Virus record (IMG/VR): IMGVR_UViG_3300044580_000163
Coordinates: 1-37,409 of that record
Length of the DNA stretch: 37,409 nt
Reading direction: 5' to 3' (one strand)
DNA from: a virus
Taxonomy: Duplodnaviria; Caudoviricetes
A program made the translations under genes and the position numbers. The notes under the pieces were generated by a model. That model did no database searches. It worked only from the letters and a program-made list of their open reading frames with translations, and had not been told where the DNA came from. Below, piece after piece: positions 18,228-26,846 of this stretch (positions are counted from its first letter, which is position 1; each line of letters begins with the position of its first letter).

Positions 18228-19795
18228 CCTTCATAGCTCCTTGCCGCACGTTTCGGCTGACTGTGCTTGGCGATCATGTACAGACCGCCGCTGCAGGTAT
18301 CGACAATATCGTCATGGTCCCCTGTCGGAAATTCCAACAGTTCGCGCCTGGCCTTTGACGTCCACGGGCCCTTCACCCAGCAGTACAGGCCCTCCTTCGC
18401 GCGCAGGCTCAATTTCGCCGCCCGATCGTTCTTGCTCTCTGTGGGCAGCATCCGCACGATCGCGACCCCAGCCAGGGTTGGGTCCTTCATGAATTCCTGG
18501 AATACCAGCGTCTGGAAGGCTACGCTTTCCACGCCCCAGATTACCTTCCTGTTTTCCGGCAGGAGCATCGCGATCTTGACCCGCTGCAAAAAGGTTCGCA
18601 GCTCATGCTCGTGGATCAGGTCCCGCCCGATGATCCTTCCCGTCTCCGGGTCCAGCGTTTCGGGCATCACCGCGTTCCAGTCAGAGGTCTTCGAATTCCC
18701 CAGTGCCAGGTCGATATAGGCGCACCAGGTCAGGTTCTCCGGTACCTCGCCAACGCCGATTTCCTTGATGTCCGGATCGTCGAAGAATCCGCCGCTCAAT
18801 GGGCGCGGCAAACCCTGGTGCAGGGCGGTGAAAACGTATGGGCTCGTGTTTGCCTTGATCTTGTCCACGTAATCCAGGCTGTAACGCCACGGCCACAGCG
18901 GTTCCCCTGGCTCCCTGCCGAGTTGGTCCCCATCCTTCGGGATGAAATATCCGCGCCGTAAATTTTCGGTGAATTCCTCGTCGGTCTTCGGATAATCTGC
19001 GCTTTCCAACGCCAGCGCTGGAAAATGGATCACTTCCCACTTCGTTGCCCGTGGATCGCCGGATGCCATTTTCTTCAATTGCTGCCCGATCAGGTCGTTC
19101 GGGTCCCACCGGGTATGCACGATCACGATCGCGCCGAATTCGCTCAAGCGTGGCACAGCAACAGAATCGAACCAGTTCTCCAGCTTGCTCTGATGCGCCT
19201 GGCTGCGTGCCTCATCGATATCCTTCGTCGGATCGTCGATGATCAGTAGGTCCAAGGGATGACCCGAAAGGCCGCCGCCCGTACCGCGGCTGATACACCC
19301 GCCTTCGGAATCCCCCGCCAGGCTCCAGTCGTTCTTGGCCGCTGAATCGTCGGCCACCTCGATCGGTTCGCTTTTCGATGATTGCACGCCGAAAAGGTTC
19401 TGGAAGTATTGACCCATTACCATGTCGCGTACCGCCGCCGAGTGCTTGTCGGCCAGGTCAGCGCCGTAGGAGATGATGCCGATGTGAGCATTCTGATTCC
19501 GCCCCAAAACGTAAGCGGGGAAAGTCCTCGCCACGTCCTTCGTTTTGCCATATTGGGGAGGCATCACAACGATCAATCGGTTGATGCCCTCTTTACCTTT
19601 CGTGCGGATGAAGGCTTCGACTTGTTCAAGTTTTTCAGCCAGGTACAGGTTATGCCGTCCATCCTCGAACTTTGGATCCACGTAATGCCTGAAATAACGG
19701 TAATGCCGACGCGCCTGTTCGCGTCGGTCCTTTTCAAGTTTTGTGACCGTCAAACGATCACTCGTTTTTACAGGTATCTCAGTTGCCATTACCAT
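18224..19795 (-). CDS. terL: Terminase large subunit
   Basis: Walker A MPPQYGKT, Walker B LLIIDDP, TRW, nuclease DLA...D and FPTGDHDDIVD. Confidence 0.96.
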   Translation of the reverse strand: MVMATEIPVKTSDRLTVTKLEKDRREQARRHYRYFRHYVDPKFEDGRHNLYLAEKLEQVEAFIRTKGKEGINRLIVVMPPQYGKTKDVARTFPAYVLGRNQNAHIGIISYGADLADKHSAAVRDMVMGQYFQNLFGVQSSKSEPIEVADDSAAKNDWSLAGDSEGGCISRGTGGGLSGHPLDLLIIDDPTKDIDEARSQAHQSKLENWFDSVAVPRLSEFGAIVIVHTRWDPNDLIGQQLKKMASGDPRATKWEVIHFPALALESADYPKTDEEFTENLRRGYFIPKDGDQLGREPGEPLWPWRYSLDYVDKIKANTSPYVFTALHQGLPRPLSGGFFDDPDIKEIGVGEVPENLTWCAYIDLALGNSKTSDWNAVMPETLDPETGRIIGRDLIHEHELRTFLQRVKIAMLLPENRKVIWGVESVAFQTLVFQEFMKDPTLAGVAIVRMLPTESKNDRAAKLSLRAKEGLYCWVKGPWTSKARRELLEFPTGDHDDIVDTCSGGLYMIAKHSQPKRAARSYEG

Positions 19796-20450
19796 TCTTG
19801 GCTTCCAGTCTCCTGATTTCTTCGTCCAGCTCGGCGTCGCTCATTTCAACCGGGCTTCCGGGTTTCTTCTCCAGCTCCACCTTCTGGTGAGGCACGTAAT
19901 CGCCCGTCATCGTCAGCAACGTTTTGCGGTCCTGGCTGCCGTGGAAAGAGGGGTCCGCTGCGGATTCGATCAGCGCCGTGAACACGTCGCGCCGGTGGCT
20001 CAATAGGGGTGCCGCCTGCATGATCGCGATCGTCTCGTCGATGCAGGGATTGTTCTTTCGCCATTTCGAGATCGCCCTGTCAGAGGTCAACCCCAGCACA
20101 TTCACAGCCAGCGCTTCCTGTGTCTTCGGGCACCGGTTCGCTTTCGGACTTGCCTGCCATGCGATGTAAGTGGCCACCCGCCACGGCCATCCCGCGTCCA
20201 GCAGGTTCTGAAAATCCTCGTACCAACCGATTAGGTTCTTCGGGATCTCGGCGCCGCTTTCTTTTGCGTGTTCGATCACGCTGGCGTCGTTCACTAATCG
20301 ATCTTTCAATGCCTGCAGCGCGGCCAGCGAACGGGCGTTGGCTTCTTCCTGGGTAATGCCGTTCTCGAGCTCGGGGTCAACGTACTCCGCGAGCTTCGCA
20401 GCCATGCCTGATAGATTTTCGAACGTCAGTTGTTCCGGCTTGAACGGCAT
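19779..20450 (-). CDS. Probable terminase small subunit (HTH)
   Basis: Overlaps the terL start; PKTQEALAVNVLGLTSDRAISKW HTH. Confidence 0.75.
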   Translation of the reverse strand: MPFKPEQLTFENLSGMAAKLAEYVDPELENGITQEEANARSLAALQALKDRLVNDASVIEHAKESGAEIPKNLIGWYEDFQNLLDAGWPWRVATYIAWQASPKANRCPKTQEALAVNVLGLTSDRAISKWRKNNPCIDETIAIMQAAPLLSHRRDVFTALIESAADPSFHGSQDRKTLLTMTGDYVPHQKVELEKKPGSPVEMSDAELDEEIRRLEAKNGNGN

Positions 20451-20457
20451 AACTTCC

Positions 20458-20745
20458 TCACTTTACGAAAATGATCGACGCCTGACCGGTGATCAGCAGC
20501 CAGATAAACCCGATTACCGATGCACCCAGGATCCCAAACAGCCAGAATAAAAGCCTGATACCCGGGGCGAGCTTTTCGATCTCGCGGATCCTTTTTTCAT
20601 GATCCTTGACCGTTTCTGCTACGTTGTCGTTGCTCACGTCAGCCTTCTCCAATTCTTGGATTCTGCAATCCAACTTGTCGATCTTTTCTTCCAAGCGACT
20701 GATGGCTGCTAATACGATGGAGTTGCTCGTCCCGGGACCAGGCAT
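20458..20745 (-). CDS. Holin-like membrane protein (coiled coil plus C-terminal TM, XhlA-like)
   Basis: RLEEKIDKL...DHEKRIREIE followed by one hydrophobic helix. Confidence 0.6.
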   Translation of the reverse strand: MPGPGTSNSIVLAAISRLEEKIDKLDCRIQELEKADVSNDNVAETVKDHEKRIREIEKLAPGIRLLFWLFGILGASVIGFIWLLITGQASIIFVK

Positions 20746-20760
20746 AATCTCGATCTCCCG

Positions 20761-21291
20761 CTATTTGGTCTTCGCGGTCTTGACCGGGAAATTCTCGATC
20801 ACCTTGGCTTCAATTAAGTTGCCAAGCACGCCAAGGTCGAAATTCTTGAAGCCGTGGCTGTTCAGATATCCCTGGGCGATCTCAAGGGCTGTGGTCTTTT
20901 TGTCTTTGATATAGTCCTTGATCTTCATTTGCTCTGCGGCTTTGACGGCGATATCCGCGGCTTGCTCCATGAAATAGGCCAGGTCTTCACCAGCGCGCGA
21001 TTTTATCTCCTGCCATCCCTTCTTCGCCCAGGTGATCACCATTGTTACGAGCGACAACGCCAAAATGGGTAAGAAGTATTTGGCCAGCTCATACAGGATC
21101 GTTGTCCCCAGGTCCGCCCAATAATTGGTCGGCTCATCCTGGAGGATTGGCGCGGTCACACCCGCGGCAACAATGGAGGTCTCACCGACCGGTGCGCCAG
21201 CGGCGACCTCCGGCGCCTTTGCGGAAACAACACTGACGGTCAGCATCACCAGGAGGCTGACCAACAGCACGATGGATAACACTTTCTTCAT
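20761..21291 (-). CDS. LL-H-family holin-like protein with N-terminal signal-peptide extension
   Basis: AVKAAEQ...KK..A...LIEAKV motif; MKK plus hydrophobic stretch plus VSA signal; AAGGAG RBS favours start 21291. Confidence 0.7.
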   Translation of the reverse strand: MKKVLSIVLLVSLLVMLTVSVVSAKAPEVAAGAPVGETSIVAAGVTAPILQDEPTNYWADLGTTILYELAKYFLPILALSLVTMVITWAKKGWQEIKSRAGEDLAYFMEQAADIAVKAAEQMKIKDYIKDKKTTALEIAQGYLNSHGFKNFDLGVLGNLIEAKVIENFPVKTAKTK

Positions 21292-21353
21292 GGTTCGCTC
21301 CTTCTTTGGGCATCTCGCCCTTTGGATTCTTCGCGGCGTAATCGGAGTTAAAT

Positions 21354-21388
21354 AAAAAAACCCGCCACAGATTCTCACCTGTGGCGGG
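21354..21388 (-). terminator. Intrinsic terminator in the late-operon leader
   Basis: Minus strand cccgccacag-gtgagaat-ctgtggcggg-TTTTTTT (10-bp stem, 7 U). Confidence 0.88.
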
Positions 21389-21432
21389 CGCTCGTCTCCG
21401 CCGTGGCTGAGCTCCTCTCAGCCTGCATCTAT

Positions 21433-21461
21433 ATTATAGCAAATGTTAATTTATATAGCAA
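21433..21461 (-). promoter_or_regulatory. Sigma70-type promoter for the late operon
   Basis: Minus strand TTGCTA-17 bp-TATAAT with extended -10 TGn. Confidence 0.8.
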
Positions 21462-21535
21462 GTGCTAGGGGAAGTGCTTTTCTTCCCCGTACCCTGTGAA
21501 ATCGCATGGCGAATGAGCAGGGTTTCCTTTTTTTT

Positions 21536-21560
21536 GTAGGGGCACAGCATGCTGTGCCCC
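21536..21560. repeat. GTAG-family REP (copy 1)
   Basis: GTAG followed by palindrome GGGCACAGCATGCTGTGCCC. Confidence 0.8.
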
Positions 21561-21575
21561 AATCCGCGCCAGCGG

Positions 21576-21815
21576 TTATGATTCCCTCTTCACGCCGATC
21601 TTGTGAGTCTTAATTTTACCTTCGCCATCCATTACTTTGATGTCGAAGTGCTTCTGGGTTTCACCCTCAGCCCAGAAATAAGAGATAGCATGTTCAGTGA
21701 ATAACGCCGCAGCTTCGAGTGAAGATCTCGCTTTTACCCTGAGGGCTCCTTGATTCGAGCCTTCCAATGAGCAAAGCCACAAAGAATATTCACCTTCAAA
21801 GTGAACACCATTCAT
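21576..21815 (-). CDS. Hypothetical protein
   Basis: GAGG RBS; ATGA overlap with the upstream ORF. Confidence 0.65.
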   Translation of the reverse strand: MNGVHFEGEYSLWLCSLEGSNQGALRVKARSSLEAAALFTEHAISYFWAEGETQKHFDIKVMDGEGKIKTHKIGVKRES

Positions 21816-22009
21816 TCCTCTTCCTCCCACACCAACTTCCCGAAAATTTCCTCGGCCATCTTCTTCCCGGCCTCCTGATCCATCACCACCACGGACGCCC
21901 CGCCGCCCTTGACATATTGGATCGTCAAAATATACTTTTCCTTTCTTTCCGGCGATTCCGCGAACTTCAACTCGACCTTGTTCCCTTTCTTATCGTGTCC
22001 TGTTAGCAT
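21812..22009 (-). CDS. Hypothetical protein
   Basis: 65 aa; co-oriented and translationally coupled to the next gene. Confidence 0.6.
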   Translation of the reverse strand: MLTGHDKKGNKVELKFAESPERKEKYILTIQYVKGGGASVVVMDQEAGKKMAEEIFGKLVWEEEE

Positions 22010-22096
22010 TCCTTATTATAATGTCGTTGCGAGATGGACGCTTTTCCAGTGAAGCACGCGGTCCCAATGTTTTCTGGGAATCCTCACAGCGCCCAC

Positions 22097-22318
22097 TCAT
22101 CTAATCCTCCTCTCCGTCGCGTACCCCTGACTGCAGCGTTCCGTCCCCAAAGCATAATCTACGATAGTCAGAATACGCCTCATCGCCCTGGACCACCGTG
22201 ACCGGTCCTCCGCGATCTTCTGGATCTCCAGCATAATATTCAAATCAACAATGATCAAGTTCGAACATTTTTCCTTCGGCCTTTCTATTTCACCCGCCAG
22301 AATTGGATCGTCCATCAT
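22097..22318 (-). CDS. Hypothetical protein
   Basis: AAGGAG RBS; ATGA overlap at 22315-22318. Confidence 0.6.
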   Translation of the reverse strand: MMDDPILAGEIERPKEKCSNLIIVDLNIMLEIQKIAEDRSRWSRAMRRILTIVDYALGTERCSQGYATERRIR

Positions 22319-22566
22319 TTTGCTCCTTCCGCGAACCTCTCCAACGCTTCCTTTGACGGTGCCCACGTCCGCATCTCACCGCAGATATCGCACCGCAGGT
22401 CGATCCCGCTTTCGATCAACCCCATCACATCCACCCCCTCCGGTCGGCTGGACTCATCATCCACCGCGTGACGGTACAACATCAGCCGCGTTCCCGCCAC
22501 GCCTCGGCTCACCACACCCATCACATGCCCGTTTTTGCACTTCCATTCCTTCAAAATCTCAGGCAT
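22315..22566 (-). CDS. Small zinc-ribbon protein
   Basis: CKNGH and CDIC metal-ligand pairs; GGAG RBS. Confidence 0.7.
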   Translation of the reverse strand: MPEILKEWKCKNGHVMGVVSRGVAGTRLMLYRHAVDDESSRPEGVDVMGLIESGIDLRCDICGEMRTWAPSKEALERFAEGAK

Positions 22567-22576
22567 AAACACTCCA

Positions 22577-22810
22577 TTACTTGATTGCCTTATTCAGCTC
22601 ATATCCCGCCCATGGGATCACGAAAAACCACAGATACGCCGAGATCATCGAATTGATCACATCAACCAACGGTTCCCCGAATATCGTGCACCTCTCCCAG
22701 GCAAAATTGACATTTGCCAACAGGAAGAAGATCAGAGCCGCCCACACCGACGCCTTTCGCCATCGGCTCAATTCCCTGTATTTCCCCATCCATCCCCTCG
22801 GATCCATCAT
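22577..22810 (-). CDS. Small membrane protein with two hydrophobic segments
   Basis: VWAALIFFLLA and ISAYLWFFVIPW stretches; co-oriented. Confidence 0.55.
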   Translation of the reverse strand: MMDPRGWMGKYRELSRWRKASVWAALIFFLLANVNFAWERCTIFGEPLVDVINSMISAYLWFFVIPWAGYELNKAIK

Positions 22811-23632
22811 TCAACTCAATTCTCCCTCGCCTATCGCGCAGCGATGGGAGAGGGATGGGGTGAGGGACGGGGTGAGGGCAGGCTCGATCACCTTGAACTC
22901 GATCACCCATACCCAGGGATTTGACTCCCACGAGTACATATCTCTTTTTTCTTCCTGTGGCCATGTTTTTGCAATTTTCTTTGGAGAGTGTGATGACTTT
23001 GGGTAAAGCCTTGCATATAATGCATTCCAAACGGATTTAAACAAAACGCGTCCGTTAATATCCAATGGTCCAAGTTCTCCCCCAATTCCTTCTTCCCAAG
23101 CATCCGCTTCGCTAATCTCCTGTACCCGCTCCACCCGCACGTCTGCGATCTCCAACATGATCCGGCTCGCCCACCTCGGCATGTGGATGGAGGGACGCCA
23201 CTTTATCACACAATCATCCCAATCCCAATTTGATTTAAAGAGACAATACTCTGGTTTCCTATACTTCTCTGGAATGAAATTGAGTGATGCGTCTTTGCAT
23301 CCATAGAAAACCACATCGTCCCAAGATCCATCGCGAGGTGCATCAACTTGCCACGTCTCTCTCACCCACAGACGATCACCAGGTTGGCCGTAGGGACAAC
23401 GAATATCGCGCAATTTATATCCGAACCCATCTCCGGTTTCCGCTCCGAGTTCCCAGGTTCCATCTTTGTTCTCATGGAATGTGTAATCATCCATATTAGC
23501 AAGATTTTTTACCAGTCTCCTGGTCTGCGTTTTCCTTTCTGCCAGGATCGCCCGCACCATTTCACCATTCATCAAGATCGGTCTTTCTTTCGTGACTTTC
23601 GCGTCTTTCGCGGTTACCAGATCTTCACTCAT
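22811..23632 (-). CDS. ASCH/PUA-like phage protein
   Basis: ERPIL..EMVRAIL..RKTQTRR, CPYGQPGDRLWVRETW, WRPSIHMPRWASRI, NPWVWVIEF. Confidence 0.88.
   Translation of the reverse strand: MSEDLVTAKDAKVTKERPILMNGEMVRAILAERKTQTRRLVKNLANMDDYTFHENKDGTWELGAETGDGFGYKLRDIRCPYGQPGDRLWVRETWQVDAPRDGSWDDVVFYGCKDASLNFIPEKYRKPEYCLFKSNWDWDDCVIKWRPSIHMPRWASRIMLEIADVRVERVQEISEADAWEEGIGGELGPLDINGRVLFKSVWNALYARLYPKSSHSPKKIAKTWPQEEKRDMYSWESNPWVWVIEFKVIEPALTPSLTPSLSHRCAIGEGELS
22822..22878. repeat. REP-like repeat, CCCTCACCCC family (copy 2), read in frame in the ASCH-like gene tail
   Basis: Matches 15859-15905; encodes LTPSLTPSLSHRCAIGEG. Confidence 0.8.
23588..23615. repeat. Short tandem repeat AACCGCGAAA-GACGCGAAA-GTCACGAAA (minus strand)
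   Basis: Three ~9-10-bp units encoding TAKDAKVTK; similar unit structure to 27182-27211. Confidence 0.55.
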
Positions 23633-24167
23633 GAAATCCTCCATCCTTCCACTCCGGCGCATACTCGCTCACCGGACACCCCACCACCACAAACCGTGGG
23701 CCCATCACCCAGCTCGCCATCTCCAGCTTCACCGGCGCCGTTTGCCCTTTTCCCGTCAGGTCCTGCACATCCACAGCCTCGCCTGCCCCCTTCGGAAACT
23801 TTTGCACCCACGCCGTAGATGGCATCCTGCCCATCGTCCTGAAATACAGCGTGGCCGCCAGATCGATCGAGAAGCTCAGCGATTGCCCCTGTCCGATCCA
23901 CCACAGCGCCCCATACCTCACCGGCGCCCCATACCGCGGATCGAACTCCACCACCTGCCGCGCCCCCCAGAACAGGTACGCATGGTCCAGCTTCAACGCC
24001 GCTTCCCACACATGGAAAAACCGCACCGATTCCCTGGCGTGATCCGGGCAAGCCTCAACGATCAGCCTTCCCATATCCACCGGCTGACCCATCGACAGCG
24101 CGTGCACCACCCTCAGCCCGCACTCATCGATCTCATTGCTCACAATGTTCAAAGCGGCAATGGACAT
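23625..24167 (-). CDS. Hypothetical protein; C-terminal half resembles the 30280-30552 product
   Basis: GAGG RBS at MSIAAL; GALWW...SL...A..LY...GRMP pattern. Confidence 0.7.
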   Translation of the reverse strand: MSIAALNIVSNEIDECGLRVVHALSMGQPVDMGRLIVEACPDHARESVRFFHVWEAALKLDHAYLFWGARQVVEFDPRYGAPVRYGALWWIGQGQSLSFSIDLAATLYFRTMGRMPSTAWVQKFPKGAGEAVDVQDLTGKGQTAPVKLEMASWVMGPRFVVVGCPVSEYAPEWKDGGFHE

Positions 24168-24511
24168 GGTTCCTCTTCCTTCGCTGAGATGGTAAGAACA
24201 TTGCAAAGGAGTTTATCGCGAGGCGCCGCTTGCGCGCCAAAGCGACCCCCAACTGGTCCATGAGGTTCAACCTTGCTTGCATGCCTGACCACCGTCAGAT
24301 CCTTCACGTAATACCATCCCCGGTTCCCCGCGGACGCCACCCTGGCCAGGCGCCGATCCGCATCAAACTCGATCAAGATCCCCGACCGCGTTCCCCCGTC
24401 GACCTGAACCTCATCCCCTTCTTTCAAAGGCTCCCTGGCCCGCATATCCTCCATCCGCATGTGGTCCAGCGGAAAGAACTTCACCCCGTTCATCGATGAC
24501 CTACCCATCAC
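24149..24511 (-). CDS. Hypothetical protein with SH3/KOW-like core
   Basis: LKEGDEVQV...GILIEFD...ARV...GWYYVKDL; AAGGAG RBS. Confidence 0.6.
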   Translation of the reverse strand: MMGRSSMNGVKFFPLDHMRMEDMRAREPLKEGDEVQVDGGTRSGILIEFDADRRLARVASAGNRGWYYVKDLTVVRHASKVEPHGPVGGRFGAQAAPRDKLLCNVLTISAKEEEPCPLPL

Positions 24512-25521
24512 TTCTTCTCCTTGTTGTCATTGCGAGGCTGTGTAGCAGCCGAAGCAACCCCCGGAAACTCCGGAAATTGATCCCATTGCTCGCCATCGAG
24601 CAACCTCTCATGAAATCCAATCTTAGTTTGGATCATTTCCAGACTACCGAGCTCCTCAATTTTTGGAGAGATCGCAATATTATGATAATTGGTCTGATCG
24701 AACGGCACCCATCTGCCCCAGCTCTTGAAAAAGAACGGCACCCCTCCAGCCACGCACTGATCACGCAGCGATCGCGCCCAATCCGGGTTCATCGGTCGCG
24801 CGTCCGGACCCGACTCCCCGCCGCAGATAATCCAGTTCAAACCAATCATAGGTTTGTTATATTGATCACCAGGTTTTGATTGCAAAACATTCCTGCAACT
24901 CCAAATTTCATCGGGTGCAGGGGCTCCGAAAAGGTCATAATTTGATTTATCTACTGCGATTCTTGCCCACCTGACTCTCGCAAGATTCACCGGCCCAAGC
25001 ATCGGCTCTACGCTGATAAACCTCACAGCTGCCGGAGTCTCCAACAGCCATGGAATTCGTTCCTCCGCTGTATTTTGATCTTCCACGCTCACCCCCAACC
25101 ATAAATTTGGTAATGGTCTTTCTTTCAACGCGAGCATGATCTCATTGATGATTTTGAAAATTCTTTTAGGTCTTTTTGTGAGCACCATGAATGTGTGCTG
25201 CGGACAAAAGCTCATGGTTTGAAAAACATCACCGATGAAATCATAGGGCACTTCCGGATGGAAGAGATCGCTCACTGAATTTACGAATATTCGCTGCGGT
25301 GTCCTCCAATGCAGCGGATCCTCCAACCGTTCAGTCAGCATCTGTAGCTGGTCAAACGGCTTCGCATATTGCACCGGGAGCTTTTTCCCATCGAGGAAAG
25401 CCCTGTGCCTCATGTCATGCAGCCGCTTCGCGTAACAATTCCGGCATCCCTCCGACACCGGCGTGCACCCAACCACCGGATTCCACACTCGATCAGCCCA
25501 CTCGATTTTTGTTGTTCCCAT
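24508..25521 (-). CDS. Phage Gp37/Gp68 (DUF5131) radical-SAM-like protein
   Basis: TKIEW, WNPVVGCTPVSEGCRNCYA, FVNSVSDLFH, LTKRP, NLWLGVSVE, GGESG, VPFFFK. Confidence 0.93.
   Translation of the reverse strand: MGTTKIEWADRVWNPVVGCTPVSEGCRNCYAKRLHDMRHRAFLDGKKLPVQYAKPFDQLQMLTERLEDPLHWRTPQRIFVNSVSDLFHPEVPYDFIGDVFQTMSFCPQHTFMVLTKRPKRIFKIINEIMLALKERPLPNLWLGVSVEDQNTAEERIPWLLETPAAVRFISVEPMLGPVNLARVRWARIAVDKSNYDLFGAPAPDEIWSCRNVLQSKPGDQYNKPMIGLNWIICGGESGPDARPMNPDWARSLRDQCVAGGVPFFFKSWGRWVPFDQTNYHNIAISPKIEELGSLEMIQTKIGFHERLLDGEQWDQFPEFPGVASAATQPRNDNKEKK
24526..24562. repeat. GTCATTGCGAG...GAAGCAACCCC palindromic repeat (copy 1)
   Basis: Conserved ends with internal hairpin ggctg-tgtag-cagcc; further copies at 26425 and 27969, degenerate copy at about 24212-24253. 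Confidence 0.85.
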
Positions 25522-25533
25522 AGTTTTTCTCCT

Positions 25534-25556
25534 GTAGGGGCGAATCGCATTCGCCC
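25534..25556. repeat. GTAG-family REP (copy 2)
   Basis: GTAG-GGGCGAAT-cgc-ATTCGCCC. Confidence 0.85.
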
Positions 25557-25563
25557 TGAATCT

Positions 25564-26214
25564 TCAACGGCCCCAGACGCCCTTGCGGACCAACTGCCAA
25601 ATTACTGCGTAAACTGACAGATCCATGATCGTGTCCTCGATTGCTTCACACTTTGGAGCAATAGGACTCTCATAATGGCTCTGACAAATTTCAATCCTGA
25701 ACCCGAACAAATTCATCAACCGCGCCATCTTGTCCCAGGTTCGCGTCACAAGACCAATTTCGCCAGTCCCCAATATATTGGCAGGACTGTAATCTGCATT
25801 CTTCTGCAAATGAATCCGATACCCATTCATGATCAGGTCGATATATCCCTTCACTTGGTTCGGGCGCTTGGTCTCGGTTGGTGGAATGGGAGGCGTATCC
25901 GGCCAATAGGTAATTGGAATGCTCCGTTCTTTTGCAAACTTTATTTCGCCCCTTGTTCCATCACTGGTTTCCCATCCAGGAAGGACAACCATGGCATCGC
26001 ATCTGGCCAGCAAATCGAGATCTCCCTGCAGCCATGCTTTTACCTCGACGCATTCTTGAGACTTTGTCACCGGAAGGTCTGAATTTGCATGTGGGCAAAT
26101 AACGACATAACCCATCTGCCAGAGAGTCAACGCCGCGTCCTTTGCGGCTGCAATATTTCCCTCGAGAGTTTGTATCCCTTTCGGTCTGATTGGCCCTGCT
26201 AAGTAGATAATCAT
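25564..26214 (-). CDS. DUF4406/nucleoside-deoxyribosyltransferase-like domain fused to a DUF1599 (Nmad1)-like domain
   Basis: IYLAGP, ICPH, CDAMVVLPGWETSDG..GE in the N-half; KNADY, DKMARL, EAIEDTIMDLSVYA in the C-half; AGGAG RBS at 26214. Confidence 0.78.
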   Translation of the reverse strand: MIIYLAGPIRPKGIQTLEGNIAAAKDAALTLWQMGYVVICPHANSDLPVTKSQECVEVKAWLQGDLDLLARCDAMVVLPGWETSDGTRGEIKFAKERSIPITYWPDTPPIPPTETKRPNQVKGYIDLIMNGYRIHLQKNADYSPANILGTGEIGLVTRTWDKMARLMNLFGFRIEICQSHYESPIAPKCEAIEDTIMDLSVYAVIWQLVRKGVWGR

Positions 26215-26304
26215 TTTTCGCTCCTGGGCGCCTCGGAGAACCCATCCGGGCAAATACCCACATTTACCGTACAACCTGCTTCCCTTGCCTTCCTGTTCAT
26301 CCTT

Positions 26305-26395
26305 GTGGTACCCCTGCTATCATCCTCGGTGGTACCCCCGATAATTACCCTTTATTTTTCCGGTGGTACCCCATAAAAAAGGTATGCGGTACCTC
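26305..26395. repeat. Four GTGGTACCCC-like direct repeats, candidate centromere/operator
   Basis: Exact copies at 26305, 26329 and 26363; variant GCGGTACCTC at 26386. Confidence 0.7.
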
Positions 26396-26424
26396 TTACA
26401 ACAAAAAGTTACAAAGTTGGCAAT

Positions 26425-26461
26425 GTCATTGCGAGGAGCCGAAGGCTCCGAAGCAACCCCC
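26425..26461. repeat. GTCATTGCGAG repeat (copy 2)
   Basis: gtcattgcga-ggagcc-gaa-ggctcc-gaagcaaccccc. Confidence 0.85.
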
Positions 26462-26469
26462 AACATGAT

Positions 26470-26841
26470 CTATGCTTCATCTCGCCACACCAGCTCAAAC
26501 CCATACCGCGGATTCTTCGGCAGCGGCACCTTGAACCGCTCGATATCCACTTCCCCGAACTCCAGCGCCCGGCGAAAATACCACAGCGCGATCTCAGCCA
26601 CACCCGAAGCCGTCGTTTCGTTTTCCTCGGCCATCTTCTTGACCCAGTCGATCACCTTTGGGTCCAGGTCATAAACCGCCCGGCTCCCATTCCTGGCCGC
26701 CTGCTTTTCCTGTGCCTTCTTCGATTTCTTTCTGGCCTCGCGCGGCAGCGCCCGTTGCTCCTTCCGCGTTGCCCCACCCTGCAGCATCGCAGCCACCGAT
26801 GGGTCCAACCCATGAGTAAATCCGTTTGCATCCTTGGCCAT
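26470..26841 (-). CDS. Putative ParA partner with RHH-like C-terminal domain
   Basis: Basic flexible N-terminus then RAVYDLDPKVIDWVKKMAEENETTASGVAEIAL strand-helix-helix; downstream of parA. Confidence 0.6.
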   Translation of the reverse strand: MAKDANGFTHGLDPSVAAMLQGGATRKEQRALPREARKKSKKAQEKQAARNGSRAVYDLDPKVIDWVKKMAEENETTASGVAEIALWYFRRALEFGEVDIERFKVPLPKNPRYGFELVWRDEA

Positions 26842-26846
26842 TTTCG

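Noticed and set aside
21490-21535. Plus-strand hairpin plus T tract as terminator of an antisense RNA
   Set aside because: The stem is irregular and no convincing plus-strand promoter was found
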